Below, one piece after another: positions 43,233 through 52,108 of a stretch of 64,000 nt of DNA. Numbering within the stretch: position 1 is the first letter of the stretch; each line of letters starts with the position of its first letter. Position numbers and translations under genes: made by a program. The notes beneath the pieces were generated by a model. The model searched no databases. It saw only the letters and a program-made list of their open reading frames with translations, and was not told the origin of the DNA. The DNA is from an uncultured Lachnospiraceae bacterium (GTDB lineage Bacteria; Bacillota; Clostridia; Oscillospirales; CAG-272). The stretch spans positions 12,917 through 76,916 of the forward strand of contig CAZBAR010000004.1 in assembly GCA_964490165.1 (NCBI GenBank). Direction: 5' to 3'.

Positions 43233-43403
43233 ATGGCAGCGAGCAAATGGAATATACCAAAACACGAATTGGAAACGCTGGCTAGATGCTTCTTGCCGGA
43301 TATACAAGCCTTTTTCGAGAGTGAGGAGGGCAGAAAAGAATACGAGGCATGGAAGGAGGAACAAGACAAAATAAAGGCACAGAGAGCCGATAAAACGCTC
43401 TAA
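43233..43403 (+). CDS. small conserved-looking hypothetical protein (56 aa), not in the ORF track
   Basis: Hand translation gives MAASKWNIPKHELETLARCFLPDIQAFFESEEGRKEYEAWKEEQDKIKAQRADKTL. This is more protein-like than the overlapping track ORF at 43192..43374. Confidence 0.5.
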   Translation: MAASKWNIPKHELETLARCFLPDIQAFFESEEGRKEYEAWKEEQDKIKAQRADKTL

Positions 43404-43409
43404 AACACA

Positions 43410-43475
43410 CAAGAGCGGGAAAGTTTTACTTCCCCGCTCTTGGAGACCGCGGCGCGCACGAAAATTCGTGCCGCC
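43410..43475. terminator. pair of hairpins between convergent genes
   Basis: CAAGAGCGGGAAAG-tttta-CTTCCCCGCTCTTG and GGCGCGCACGA-aaat-TCGTGCCGCC. T-tracts are weak. Confidence 0.4.
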
Positions 43476-43484
43476 ATCAGTTTG

Positions 43485-43703
43485 TTAAGTTTGAGATTTT
43501 GTAAAAAGGAGCTGGGCAAACTCTCTTTGCCTCGTTACAGTTTCGCTTTCCTCTGCACGGAGAATGACTAACTGGAATCTTTTCATGTTGCATACAGTGT
43601 CAATTTCAACATTCCTGGTAATACGGCCTCGGGACATGCCTAATTCTCGTCCTAATCTACGGATTTCTGCAATGCTTGGTTCGTGTTTTTTCCTATTAGC
43701 CAT
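43485..43703 (-). CDS. small putative HTH protein
   Basis: 72 aa. SIAEIRRLGRELGMSRGRITRN looks like an HTH. It starts 6 nt after the upstream stop, with AGAGGAG 10 nt upstream. Confidence 0.45.
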   Translation of the reverse strand: MANRKKHEPSIAEIRRLGRELGMSRGRITRNVEIDTVCNMKRFQLVILRAEESETVTRQREFAQLLFTKSQT

Positions 43704-43708
43704 ACAAA

Positions 43709-44860
43709 CTATACTCCTCTATACATTTCGCTATGTAAATAAGTTAAAAAGTCCGGTAAATCTTTGTCCATTACATAAGACCATGCAGAGTTCATACTAT
43801 CAAAAAATGTACCAAATGTCAATGCTGTTGCATACAAAATATTAGCCGTATTTTTATCAAAGATATCACAATGATATCTTTCATTCAACGCATCGCAACA
43901 AAGGAAACCAAAGATTTGTCTGTCAGACTTATAATCACATATAATTGGTACAACAACTGTACAGTTATAGTGCCGCAAGGAATTAGGAAAGTTTTGATTT
44001 AAATAGTCATCCATTGAATCAGTTATGTTATTCTTGATGTAACATTCCTTAGACAAGCATTTTAGAAAATCTCCATTGAGATCTATGCTGTAATGCTGTT
44101 CACCTATCTCACGCTCTTTTTTATCATATGTTTCCTTATCTCTAAACGCAGTATATATTCTCATACTATTATATTCAGTTCCATCGTGATATGTTGACTC
44201 AAATAACTTTATCGATATGGAAGCATTTAAAGAAATATTTTTGGTCGTTAAATATTGCGTAATTGTCTTCAACATTTCATCTACAACACCACGAGTATAC
44301 CTATTAAAAAGTGTATATAGTGATTTTTTGTATCGTTGACGTGCTTGATCGAGTTGTTGCTTACAAAGCTCAGCAAACTCTGGATCTTCTTTCTTTGCAT
44401 TCAATTTGTCTTGGATACTTGATACATCGTAAAAATACCTATCTGTTTCATCACATATAATCGTCAAGAAATTATTAAGTCGTTTATTAGTATTCTTTTG
44501 GTATATCAAGTGTTTTTCAAAAAAATCAACATTTAAATTAAAAGATTTTTCAATTGCTTCCGATGCAGAATGTTCTTTTTTTATTTCGCTATTACAGTCA
44601 TTCATTGTTTTTTCTAGAAGTGCTTTATTTTTATGAAATGTACCATAAGTAATGCAACACATAACAAGCACAATCAATTGACAACATACAACTGATGTTG
44701 CAACAACCCAATTGTTAGGAGAATATATTACCGTAAGTATAGATATCACGATCCCAAAAATAGTAGAAAAAATCCCTATTTTGAAGTTCCATGATTCACG
44801 ATTGTCTCGATATTTCTCCCGAATTTTCTCAAAAAGCGATACTCTCTCTTGATTATCCAA
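43709..44860 (-). CDS. membrane protein (2 TM) with coiled-coil and C-terminal GAF-like domain; AT-rich cargo gene
   Basis: The ORF is open to 44929. The preferred start is TTG at 44860, preceded by GAAGGAG with 8-nt spacing. TM helices are IGIFSTIFGIVISILTVIY and VVATSVVCCQLIVLVMCCITYG. The C-terminal pattern ..HYNCTVVVPIICDYKSDRQIFGFLCCDALNE.. is GAF-like. Confidence 0.6.
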   Translation of the reverse strand: MDNQERVSLFEKIREKYRDNRESWNFKIGIFSTIFGIVISILTVIYSPNNWVVATSVVCCQLIVLVMCCITYGTFHKNKALLEKTMNDCNSEIKKEHSASEAIEKSFNLNVDFFEKHLIYQKNTNKRLNNFLTIICDETDRYFYDVSSIQDKLNAKKEDPEFAELCKQQLDQARQRYKKSLYTLFNRYTRGVVDEMLKTITQYLTTKNISLNASISIKLFESTYHDGTEYNSMRIYTAFRDKETYDKKEREIGEQHYSIDLNGDFLKCLSKECYIKNNITDSMDDYLNQNFPNSLRHYNCTVVVPIICDYKSDRQIFGFLCCDALNERYHCDIFDKNTANILYATALTFGTFFDSMNSAWSYVMDKDLPDFLTYLHSEMYRGV

Positions 44861-44900
44861 AACAACTACTCCTTCGATAATACGCAAAATTCGACAACTT

Positions 44901-44929
44901 ATGATATCATAAATTTTGGAAATAATCAA
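44901..44929 (-). promoter_or_regulatory. promoter of the GAF-like cargo gene
   Basis: Minus strand reads TTGATT-17 nt-TATCAT with an upstream TGa (extended -10). Confidence 0.45.
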
Positions 44930-44967
44930 GTAGCGCAGAGTTATATAGTAACTTACAAATAAACAAT

Positions 44968-45010
44968 AAATCCGAACGCATCACCTATCACGGTAATAGA
45001 GTTCGGATTT
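44968..45010 (-). terminator. hairpin/terminator immediately downstream of tRNA-Trp
   Basis: Minus strand reads AAATCCGAAC-23 nt-GTTCGGATTT followed by ATTGTTTATTTG. The distal arm coincides with the element-flanking direct repeat. Confidence 0.5.
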
Positions 45011-45018
45011 ATCGCTTT

Positions 45019-45094
45019 TGGCAGGGGCACAAAGATTCGAACTCTGGACACGCGGTTTTGGAGACCGCTGCTCTACCAGCTGAGCTATACCCCT
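45019..45094 (-). tRNA. trnW: tRNA-Trp (anticodon CCA), CCA-3' encoded
   Basis: AGGGGTATAGCTCAGCTGGTAGAGCAGCGGTCTCCAAAACCGCGTGTCCAGAGTTCGAATCTTTGTGCCCCTGCCA. The cloverleaf was folded by hand: 7-bp acceptor stem, GCTC/GAGC D stem, GCGGT/ACCGC anticodon stem, TTCGAAT T-loop. Confidence 0.9.
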
Positions 45095-45113
45095 ATATTT
45101 CTGAAGCTTTGTT

Positions 45114-45142
45114 ATTATATCACATTTTTTTCTATAATGCAA
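45114..45142 (-). promoter_or_regulatory. promoter of tRNA-Trp
   Basis: Minus strand reads TTGCAT-17 nt-TATAAT with TGtga upstream. The -10 element lies 19 nt before the tRNA 5' end. Confidence 0.55.
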
Positions 45143-45186
45143 TATCTTTTTGAAAAATTCTTTTTATACTTTTTTTGATAAATCTA

Positions 45187-45215
45187 TTGACTTTTTCTGC
45201 AAAATACGATAACAT
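45187..45215 (+). promoter_or_regulatory. promoter of the amino-acid ABC operon
   Basis: TTGACT-17 nt-TAACAT. Confidence 0.45.
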
Positions 45216-45316
45216 ATACGTGTCGCTTTAATACTTTATCAAACTAAAGTAAAAGAGTGGGACGCAATGAGCTTCGGCTTATTGCATTATATAATATATT
45301 TGAAAGGGAATTACTT

Positions 45317-46150
45317 ATGAAGTTCACAAAAATTCTTGCAGTTATTATGGCAATGCTTATGATCTGCCTCTCAATGGCAGCTTGTGCGGGCAAGACCTCC
45401 GGTGAGGGCGATGATACCTCTGATGCAGATGCAGCAAAGACTGACAGCGATCTGCAGTACGTTATTGACAAGGGTACTCTTGTTGTAGGTATCACCGATT
45501 TCGCTCCTATGGACTATCAGGACGAGAACGGCGAATGGATCGGCTTTGACGCTGACATGGCAAAAGCATTTGCAAAGAGCCTGGGCGTTGAGGTTGAGTT
45601 CGTTGCTATCGAATGGGACGACAAGATCTTTGAGATAAACGGCAAGACTATTGACTGCGCATGGAACGGTATGACACTTACCGAAGATGTTCTCGCAGCT
45701 ATGGAGTGCTCTAACGCTTACTGCAACAATCAGCAGATCGTTATCGTTCCCGCTGACAAGGCTGACGATTATCAGACAGTTGAAGCTTGCGCAAAGCTTA
45801 ACTTTGCAGTTGAGTCAGGCAGTGCAGGCGAGGAGCAGGTAAACGCTCTCGGATACACCTGCACACCCGTTAAGGACCAGGCAACCGCTCTTATGGAAGT
45901 AAAGTCCGGAACCTGCGACGCAGCTGTTATCGACTCTCTTATGGCAGCAGCTATGGTAGGAGAGGGCACAGCTTATTCCGATCTTACATATACCGTAGGT
46001 CTTAACGACGAGGAGTACGGCGTAGGCTTCCGCAAGGGCAGTGACCTTGCAGCAAAGCTTAACGAGTTCTTCAAGGCAAGCTATGCTGACGGTTCTATGA
46101 TCGCGATGGCAGAGCAGTACGGCGTTGATGCTGCTCTTATCGAGCAGTAA
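45317..46150 (+). CDS. amino-acid ABC transporter substrate-binding lipoprotein
   Basis: MKFTKILAVIMAMLMICLSMAACAG lipobox. SBP_bac_3-like body (LVVGITDFAPMDYQDENGEWIGFDADMAKA). Confidence 0.85.
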   Translation: MKFTKILAVIMAMLMICLSMAACAGKTSGEGDDTSDADAAKTDSDLQYVIDKGTLVVGITDFAPMDYQDENGEWIGFDADMAKAFAKSLGVEVEFVAIEWDDKIFEINGKTIDCAWNGMTLTEDVLAAMECSNAYCNNQQIVIVPADKADDYQTVEACAKLNFAVESGSAGEEQVNALGYTCTPVKDQATALMEVKSGTCDAAVIDSLMAAAMVGEGTAYSDLTYTVGLNDEEYGVGFRKGSDLAAKLNEFFKASYADGSMIAMAEQYGVDAALIEQ

Positions 46151-46175
46151 TTCTGCTAAAAAGCTCATATTAAAT

Positions 46176-46208
46176 ATGCGCAAATCCTGCTTTGCAGGGT
46201 TTGCGCAT
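46176..46208 (+). other. intercistronic 15-bp hairpin between the SBP and permease genes
   Basis: ATGCGCAAATCCTGC-ttt-GCAGGGTTTGCGCAT with no T-tract. Likely an mRNA-stabilising or partial terminator element. Confidence 0.5.
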
Positions 46209-46266
46209 TCTGTACTATATCGGGGCATTTGCCCTTAAAAACCCCATTAAGGCAGGACTTTTAGTA

Positions 46267-46959
46267 ATGTTTGATCAGTTTATAACGCAGTTTCCTATAG
46301 TATTCAGGGCGCTGAACGTGGGATTTCTTCAAACGCTGAAGCTGTTTGTCGTAACGCTTGCAGGCGCTATCCCGCTGGGACTTATAATATCCTTTGGCTC
46401 TATGAGCCGTTTTAAGCCTCTCAGCGGACTGGTAAAAACTCTTATCTGGATAATTCGCGGCACGCCGCTTATGCTTCAGCTGCTCATAATTTTCTATTTT
46501 CCCGGTATTGTGTTCGGAAATCCCATTTGGGGAAGCGGTGAAGGCGGAAGATTTCTGGCGTCGGCTGTGGCGTTCATAATCAACTACGCGTGCTATTTTT
46601 CCGAGATATACCGCGGCGGTATTCAAAGCGTTCCCGTAGGACAGCAGGAAGCGGGACAGGTGTTGGGTATGACAAAATCACAGATATTTTTCAGGGTCAC
46701 GCTGCTTCAGATGATAAAGCGCATCGTGCCGCCTATGTCAAACGAGATCATCACTCTTGTTAAAGACACATCTCTTGCCCGCATCATTGCCTTGCAGGAG
46801 CTGATCTGGGCAGGACAGGCGTTTTTGAAGGGCTCAAACGGCATTGCAGGCGAAATGTGGCCGCTGTTCTTTACAGGTCTTTATTATCTTTTGTTCAGCG
46901 GAATTCTCACCGTGCTTTTGGGTTGGGTCGAGAAAAAGCTGTCCTATTTTAAGGCGTAA
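46267..46959 (+). CDS. amino-acid ABC transporter permease
   Basis: [26 protein letters not shown].. with the EAA-loop region ([24 protein letters not shown]). Confidence 0.88.
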   Translation: MFDQFITQFPIVFRALNVGFLQTLKLFVVTLAGAIPLGLIISFGSMSRFKPLSGLVKTLIWIIRGTPLMLQLLIIFYFPGIVFGNPIWGSGEGGRFLASAVAFIINYACYFSEIYRGGIQSVPVGQQEAGQVLGMTKSQIFFRVTLLQMIKRIVPPMSNEIITLVKDTSLARIIALQELIWAGQAFLKGSNGIAGEMWPLFFTGLYYLLFSGILTVLLGWVEKKLSYFKA

Positions 46960-46972
46960 GGGGGGCGTTTGT

Positions 46973-47776
46973 ATGTCTATACTTGAAGTGAAAGATCTTT
47001 ATAAAAGCTTCGGACGCACCGAGGTGCTGAAGGGCATCAATTTCAGCGTTGAAAAGGGCGAGGTGCTGACAGTTCTCGGTTCTTCCGGCAGCGGTAAAAC
47101 TACGCTTCTTCGCTGCCTCAACTTTCTTGAAACTCCCACTGCCGGAAGCATATACGTAAACGGTGAGGAAATTTTCTCGGCCAATGGCAAAAATAAGCTG
47201 AGTGACAGGGAGATCAGACAGAGACGTCTGCACTTCGGACTGGTATTTCAGTCCTTCAACCTGTTTCCTCAGTACAGCGTTTTGGGAAATCTGTGCCTTG
47301 CGGCGCGTCTGCGTGCAAATGAGAATATAAAGAGCAGCAGCGGTAAGTTCGGCGGCATGACAAAAAAAGACGCGTATGAGGCAATTGAAGCTCAGGCACT
47401 GGAGGTACTTGAAAGTGTCGGACTTCGCGAAAAAGCCGATGCTTATCCGGGGCAGCTTTCAGGCGGTCAGCAGCAGCGAGTTGCTATTGCGCGTGCGCTT
47501 ATGCTGTCTCCCGATATACTTTGCTTTGACGAGCCTACAAGTGCTCTTGATCCTGAGCTTACGGGCGAGGTGCTTTCAGTTATCAAAAGTCTTGCAAGCC
47601 GCAAAATGACAATGATGATAGTAACTCACGAAATGGCGTTTGCGCGCGAGGTCTCTGATAATATCATATTTATGGACGGCGGCGTTATTGCTGCGTCAGG
47701 CACACCGGAGCAGATATTCTCGGGCGACGGCGGCGAGCGTATGAATAAGTTTATCTCTGCGATGTCGTCAAAATAA
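46973..47776 (+). CDS. amino-acid ABC transporter ATP-binding protein
   Basis: [14 protein letters not shown].., Walker [10 protein letters not shown], signature [15 protein letters not shown], Walker [13 protein letters not shown]. Confidence 0.9.
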   Translation: MSILEVKDLYKSFGRTEVLKGINFSVEKGEVLTVLGSSGSGKTTLLRCLNFLETPTAGSIYVNGEEIFSANGKNKLSDREIRQRRLHFGLVFQSFNLFPQYSVLGNLCLAARLRANENIKSSSGKFGGMTKKDAYEAIEAQALEVLESVGLREKADAYPGQLSGGQQQRVAIARALMLSPDILCFDEPTSALDPELTGEVLSVIKSLASRKMTMMIVTHEMAFAREVSDNIIFMDGGVIAASGTPEQIFSGDGGERMNKFISAMSSK

Positions 47777-47793
47777 TTATAGTTGAGTTAAGT

Positions 47794-47822
47794 AAAAAAG
47801 GCTGTTTTCACAGCCTTTTTTT
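47794..47822. terminator. bidirectional intrinsic terminator
   Basis: AAAAAAGGCTGT-tttc-ACAGCCTTTTTTT, between convergent genes. Confidence 0.75.
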
Positions 47823-47825
47823 ATG

Positions 47826-49043
47826 TTATTTTGCAAGGCTTGCGTCAAGTCTGCTCGCAATTTCCTCAAGGAAGGTCTCAGTATCGACAATTCTCTTTTC
47901 GGGGAGATTGCTCATAGGCGCAAGGTTTTTATCCATTACGCCGTCTTCCATGGTCTTAACGGATGCACTTTCAAGCTTATCTGCAAAATCGCAAAGCTCG
48001 GGAATGTTATCAAGCTCTCCGCGCTTTCTCAGCGCGCCGCTCCATGCAAAGATGGTAGCTATGGGGTTGGTAGAAGTCTTTTCGCCCTTCAGATACTTAT
48101 AATAGTGTCTTGTAACAGTGCCGTGCGCAGCCTCATACTCATATACTCCGCCGGGAGAAACCAGCACAGAGGTCATAAGTCCGAGAGAGCCGAATGCAGT
48201 TGCAAGCATATCGGACATAACGTCGCCGTCATAGTTCTTGCACGCCCAGATAAAGCCGCCCTCAGAGCGGATCACGCGGGCAACAACGTCGTCGATAAGG
48301 GTGTAGAAGTATTCAATGCCTGCTTCTTCAAATTTTGCCTTATACTCAGCTTCATATATCTCTGCAAAGATATCCTTAAATCTGTGGTCGTATGTCTTGG
48401 ATATAGTATCCTTAGCGGCAAACCAAAGATCTTCTTTTACGTCAAGCGCGTAGTTAAAGCAGGCTCTTGCGAAGCTTGAGATAGAGTTGTCAAGGTTATG
48501 TACGCCCTGAATTATACCGTCGGAATTTTTGAAATCATGAATGAGAGCGCGTGTCTCGTTGCCCTCTGCATCTGTAACTACAAGCTCAGCCTTGCTGCCC
48601 TTTGCAGCCTTCAGCTCGGTGTTTTTGTAAATATCGCCGTAAGCGTGACGGGCAATGGTGATAGGCTTTGTCCAAGTGGGGATAAACGGAGTTATGCCTT
48701 TAACAAGAATAGGCTTTCTGAAAACAGTACCGTCAAGAATTGCGCGGATGGTGCCGTTGGGGCTCTTCCACATTTCTTTAAGGTTGTATTCTGTCATACG
48801 CGCCGCGTTGGGGGTGATAGTAGCGCACTTGACCGCAACGCCGTATTTGAGAGTTGCCTCGGCAGACTCTACAGTAACCTTGTCGTCGGTAGCGTTTCTG
48901 TTTTCAAGACCGAGGTCGTAATATTCGCTTTTAAGGTCGATGTAAGGATTTATAAGCTTATCCTTTATCATTTGCCAGATAACTCTGGTCATTTCGTCGC
49001 CGTCCATCTCAACGATGGGGGTCTTCATCTGAATTTTAGCCAT
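47826..49043 (-). CDS. icd: NADP-dependent isocitrate dehydrogenase (eukaryote-like ~405-aa type)
   Basis: [47 protein letters not shown].. Confidence 0.9.
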   Translation of the reverse strand: MAKIQMKTPIVEMDGDEMTRVIWQMIKDKLINPYIDLKSEYYDLGLENRNATDDKVTVESAEATLKYGVAVKCATITPNAARMTEYNLKEMWKSPNGTIRAILDGTVFRKPILVKGITPFIPTWTKPITIARHAYGDIYKNTELKAAKGSKAELVVTDAEGNETRALIHDFKNSDGIIQGVHNLDNSISSFARACFNYALDVKEDLWFAAKDTISKTYDHRFKDIFAEIYEAEYKAKFEEAGIEYFYTLIDDVVARVIRSEGGFIWACKNYDGDVMSDMLATAFGSLGLMTSVLVSPGGVYEYEAAHGTVTRHYYKYLKGEKTSTNPIATIFAWSGALRKRGELDNIPELCDFADKLESASVKTMEDGVMDKNLAPMSNLPEKRIVDTETFLEEIASRLDASLAK

Positions 49044-49075
49044 TTTTTATACCATGCTTTCTTTAGTTTTGTACA

Positions 49076-49678
49076 TTACTGTCCCATGCTGTAACGACCC
49101 TCAAGGGCACGGCGAAGTGTGATCTCGTCCGCGTACTCAAGGTCGCCGCCCACAGGCATACCGTTGGCAATTCTGGTCGTTTTTATTCCGAGAGGAGCAA
49201 TGAGACGCGACAGATACATCGCCGTTGTCTCGCCCTCCGGAGTGGGATTTGTGGCAATAATAACTTCTTTTACGCTGCCGTCAAGCCGTGAAATAAGCTC
49301 GCGTATCTTCAGCTTTTCCGGTCCGATGCCCTTCATAGGTGAGATAACGCCGTGCAGCACGTGATAAAGTCCTTTGTACTCTCTGACCTTTTCAACTGCC
49401 ATTGCGGCGCGAAAATCCTCTACTACGCAAATAACGCTGCGGTCGCGTCCCTCGTCAGAGCATACGGGGCATATCTCAAAGGAAGAAATATTCTGGCAGA
49501 TTCTGCAAAAGCATATCTCCGTTTTTGCGGCACGCATCGTGTCGGCAAAGTCGGCGACTTCTTCCTCGTTCATATCAAGAACGCTGAAGGCAAGACGCAG
49601 CGCGGTCTTTTTTCCTATGCCGTCAAGACGGCGGAACCAGTCGCTCAGCCGTTCTATCTGTTCTGGGTATTCTGCCAT
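49076..49678 (-). CDS. recR: recombination protein RecR
   Basis: Zn-finger [16 protein letters not shown] and a Toprim domain. Confidence 0.92.
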   Translation of the reverse strand: MAEYPEQIERLSDWFRRLDGIGKKTALRLAFSVLDMNEEEVADFADTMRAAKTEICFCRICQNISSFEICPVCSDEGRDRSVICVVEDFRAAMAVEKVREYKGLYHVLHGVISPMKGIGPEKLKIRELISRLDGSVKEVIIATNPTPEGETTAMYLSRLIAPLGIKTTRIANGMPVGGDLEYADEITLRRALEGRYSMGQ

Positions 49679-49679
49679 A

Positions 49680-50042
49680 TCAGAACAGGCCGGGCATACC
49701 GAGGCCGCTCATATTAAGGCTGCCTGTGACCTTGCCCATTTCCTCGTTATTTGTATCGGTAACAGTTTTGATAGCCTCGTTTACTGCTGCAACGAGAATA
49801 TCCTGAAGTGTCTCAACATCATCGGGATCAACTACTTCGGGGTCGATAGCTATTTCAGACACCTGAAGCTTGCCGTCGATCTTTATTTTAACGGCGCCGC
49901 CGCCTGCGGCTATGTCGTAAACTCTGGCGTCCAGATCTTCTTGCAGTGCAGCCATATCCTCCTGCATCTTCTGTGCCTGTTTGATCATACTTTGCATATT
50001 GCCGGGTCCGCCTCCGCGTCCCTGAGGAAGTCTTGCTTTCAT
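49680..50042 (-). CDS. ybaB: nucleoid-associated protein YbaB/EbfC
   Basis: [34 protein letters not shown].., followed by the usual dnaX-ybaB-recR synteny. Confidence 0.9.
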   Translation of the reverse strand: MKARLPQGRGGGPGNMQSMIKQAQKMQEDMAALQEDLDARVYDIAAGGGAVKIKIDGKLQVSEIAIDPEVVDPDDVETLQDILVAAVNEAIKTVTDTNNEEMGKVTGSLNMSGLGMPGLF

Positions 50043-50072
50043 ATCATAAGTCCTTTCATGAACATCAAATTT

Positions 50073-51656
50073 TTATAATAGCTTGCCAAGCTCGTCTGCC
50101 GGCGCGGTACCCATAGGTGCGCTGCCTTTTTTTACGACCTCGACAGTTGCCTTGCCGTCTGTTATTTTTGCGAGTGCAAAAGCGTCTGCAATAGCGCTTC
50201 GTGCGCCCTCGGGCTTGAACATTGCCTCTGCAAAGCCCTCAACTATCAGACGCAAACGCTTTCCGTCGCGTGAAACATAAGTTTCCGCGCTCATAAGAAA
50301 GCTTGCCAGTCCGCGGTTTGCGCCGTCCAGTCTGCCCACCGCCTCGCTTATGTCGCGCACGCGGTCATATGTGTCGTTCCCTGCATTTGCAGCGGGAACG
50401 GGAGTTTTTTCTGTTTCAGATTCCTTAACAGGATCAACAGGCTCTTTAACTGATTTTTCAGCAGGTGCAGCCTCTGCCTTTGCCTTTGCGGGGGCCGATA
50501 TAGGTGTGCCCAGTGCCACTGCGTCCTCCAACGCTGCTATTCTTGCGCTGAGTGCTTCGGCTGAGGTATCCAGCTCAGGACGGCACATCTTCAGGAGAGA
50601 CAGCTCTGCAACAGAACGTCTTGTTTGGGGAGAGCGCTGCATACGGGCAGCGCCGTCATCAAGAATTTTACATATATAAATGAGCGCGGCGAGATTGAAT
50701 TTTGATGCCGTCTCAAGAAGCACCTCGGCTTCTTTGTCCGTTATATCAAGATATTCAGTGCAGTTATCGTTGTATTTTGACACAAGCATATCTCTTGCAA
50801 AGGATATGAGCTCCTGCCAGAATACGGATATGTCCTTAGCACCTGCAACGATGTCAGCGACTGTGTGAAACAGAGCGGCAACGTCGCGCTCTGCAATGTT
50901 GCGCATTGTAGCTGCGGCAAGGTCGTAGCCTGAAAGACCCAATACTTCTCCGACCTTAGCGGCGGTAACATCGGCGCCGCCTGCTCCGCAAAGCTCCATA
51001 AGACCGATAGCGTCGCGCATTCCGCCCTCTGCCTGTCTTGCAAGTATCAGCGCTGCTTCGTCCTCAAGCACGATGCCTTCGCTGTCGGCAATATATTTAA
51101 GCCTTTTTGCAATAGTGCGCATTTCGATCCGTCTGAAATCGAAGCGCTGGCAGCGGGAAACTATTGTTGCGGGAATTTTATGCAGCTCTGTAGTCGCCAG
51201 AATAAATACGACGTGCTCCGGCGGTTCCTCAATAGTTTTCAGCAGTGCGTTAAATGCGCCCGGGGACAGCATATGTACCTCGTCGATGATGTACACTTTT
51301 TTTCTCAGCATTGCGGGGGTATACATTGCTTCGTCGCAAATAGCCCGGATGCTGTCCACACCGTTGTTGGACGCAGCGTCCATTTCCACAACGTCGGTGG
51401 CAGCGCCTGAGTCGATATCCCTGCATGACTGACATTTAAGGCATGGGCTTCCGTTTTCGGGAGCTTCACAGTTAAGTGCCTTGGCAAGTATTTTTGCACA
51501 GGTAGTCTTGCCCGTACCGCGGGAGCCGCAGAAAAGATACGCGTGCGAGCATTTATTAGCTGCCACCTCGTACCGCAGAACATCGGTAATATGCTCCTGA
51601 CCGCACACATCGTCAAAGGTACGGGGACGGTATTTTCTGTACAAAGCCTGATGCAT
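50073..51656 (-). CDS. dnaX: DNA polymerase III subunits gamma/tau
   Basis: MHQALYRKYRPRTFDDVCGQEH..GSRGTGKTT..Zn module CLKCQSC..IIDEVHMLS. Confidence 0.92.
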   Translation of the reverse strand: MHQALYRKYRPRTFDDVCGQEHITDVLRYEVAANKCSHAYLFCGSRGTGKTTCAKILAKALNCEAPENGSPCLKCQSCRDIDSGAATDVVEMDAASNNGVDSIRAICDEAMYTPAMLRKKVYIIDEVHMLSPGAFNALLKTIEEPPEHVVFILATTELHKIPATIVSRCQRFDFRRIEMRTIAKRLKYIADSEGIVLEDEAALILARQAEGGMRDAIGLMELCGAGGADVTAAKVGEVLGLSGYDLAAATMRNIAERDVAALFHTVADIVAGAKDISVFWQELISFARDMLVSKYNDNCTEYLDITDKEAEVLLETASKFNLAALIYICKILDDGAARMQRSPQTRRSVAELSLLKMCRPELDTSAEALSARIAALEDAVALGTPISAPAKAKAEAAPAEKSVKEPVDPVKESETEKTPVPAANAGNDTYDRVRDISEAVGRLDGANRGLASFLMSAETYVSRDGKRLRLIVEGFAEAMFKPEGARSAIADAFALAKITDGKATVEVVKKGSAPMGTAPADELGKLL

Positions 51657-51715
51657 AATAACACTGCGCCTCTTTCCGAAAAATTAAAACAAAATAACAA
51701 ACAAGCCGTAGGGAA

Positions 51716-52000
51716 AGGCCATACACCCGAAGATCGGGAAAGCGTCGCACACGACGCCGTGTCAACTGCTCAGGGCAGGCGACCCTGCGGCACATCAGCT
51801 AAACTGCTTAATGCTGCTTGGTTCCCCACCTGACATGGTTCACAGCCGCTGATTGCGCTGGAACCCGCCCATCAACACAGTTGAACACGGCACAGACTGT
51901 ACAAAGCAAACCCTCAAAACGGGAATACCACCCCTGCATACAGCGGATTTCAGGTACAGGAGGCCGCTGAACTCCCGGCTGGTATGACCTTACCCTGCGG
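51716..52000 (-). ncRNA. ffs: signal recognition particle RNA, large Bacillus-type with Alu domain (ends approximate)
   Basis: The minus strand contains the domain IV core CATGTCAGGTGGGGAACCAAGCAGCATTAAGCAG and the Alu-domain-like GGGAGTTCAGCGGCCTCCTGTACCTGAAATCCGCTGTATGCAGGGG. The 5' CCGCAGGGTAAGGTCATAC pairs with the 3' GTATGGCCTTTCCCTACGG. It sits upstream of dnaX, as in B. subtilis. Confidence 0.85.
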
Positions 52001-52027
52001 CTTGTTCAGTATTGTTTTATCCATTAA

Positions 52028-52056
52028 ATTATATCACATACTATGGGCTATTGCAA
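52028..52056 (-). promoter_or_regulatory. promoter of ffs
   Basis: Minus strand reads TTGCAA-17 nt-TATAAT with TGa upstream (extended -10). Confidence 0.6.
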
Positions 52057-52108
52057 CAGATTTTGAATATTTTTCTTTGTATTATCAGATGATGTTTTTT
52101 CTTTTTCA

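Larger units (their letters stand above)
38166..44977. mobile_element. integrative mobilizable element (serine recombinase + mob genes, no T4SS) between tyrS and tRNA-Trp
   Basis: Recombinase, xis-like HTH, HNH, mobC, relaxase and AT-rich cargo. A 10-bp direct repeat AAATCCGAAC occurs at 38398..38407 and 44968..44977. The left boundary is uncertain, between 38166 and 38407. Confidence 0.7.

Noticed and set aside
43192-43374. Track ORF MGMTDNNNKRRVALWQRANG....
   Set aside because: It is highly basic with unnatural composition. The alternative frame (43233..43403) gives a much more protein-like product.
50073-51656. A programmed frameshift site in dnaX (gamma/tau).
   Set aside because: The only long A-run (AGAAAAAAAGTG, about 51296-51306 on the minus strand) lies in the N-terminal ATPase region, not at the domain III/IV boundary. 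No downstream stem-loop was seen.
51305-51833. Track ORFs 51305..51700, 51543..51833 and 51613..51795.
   Set aside because: They overlap the SRP RNA gene and the dnaX 5' end. The region is explained by ffs, and the peptide sequences are implausible.
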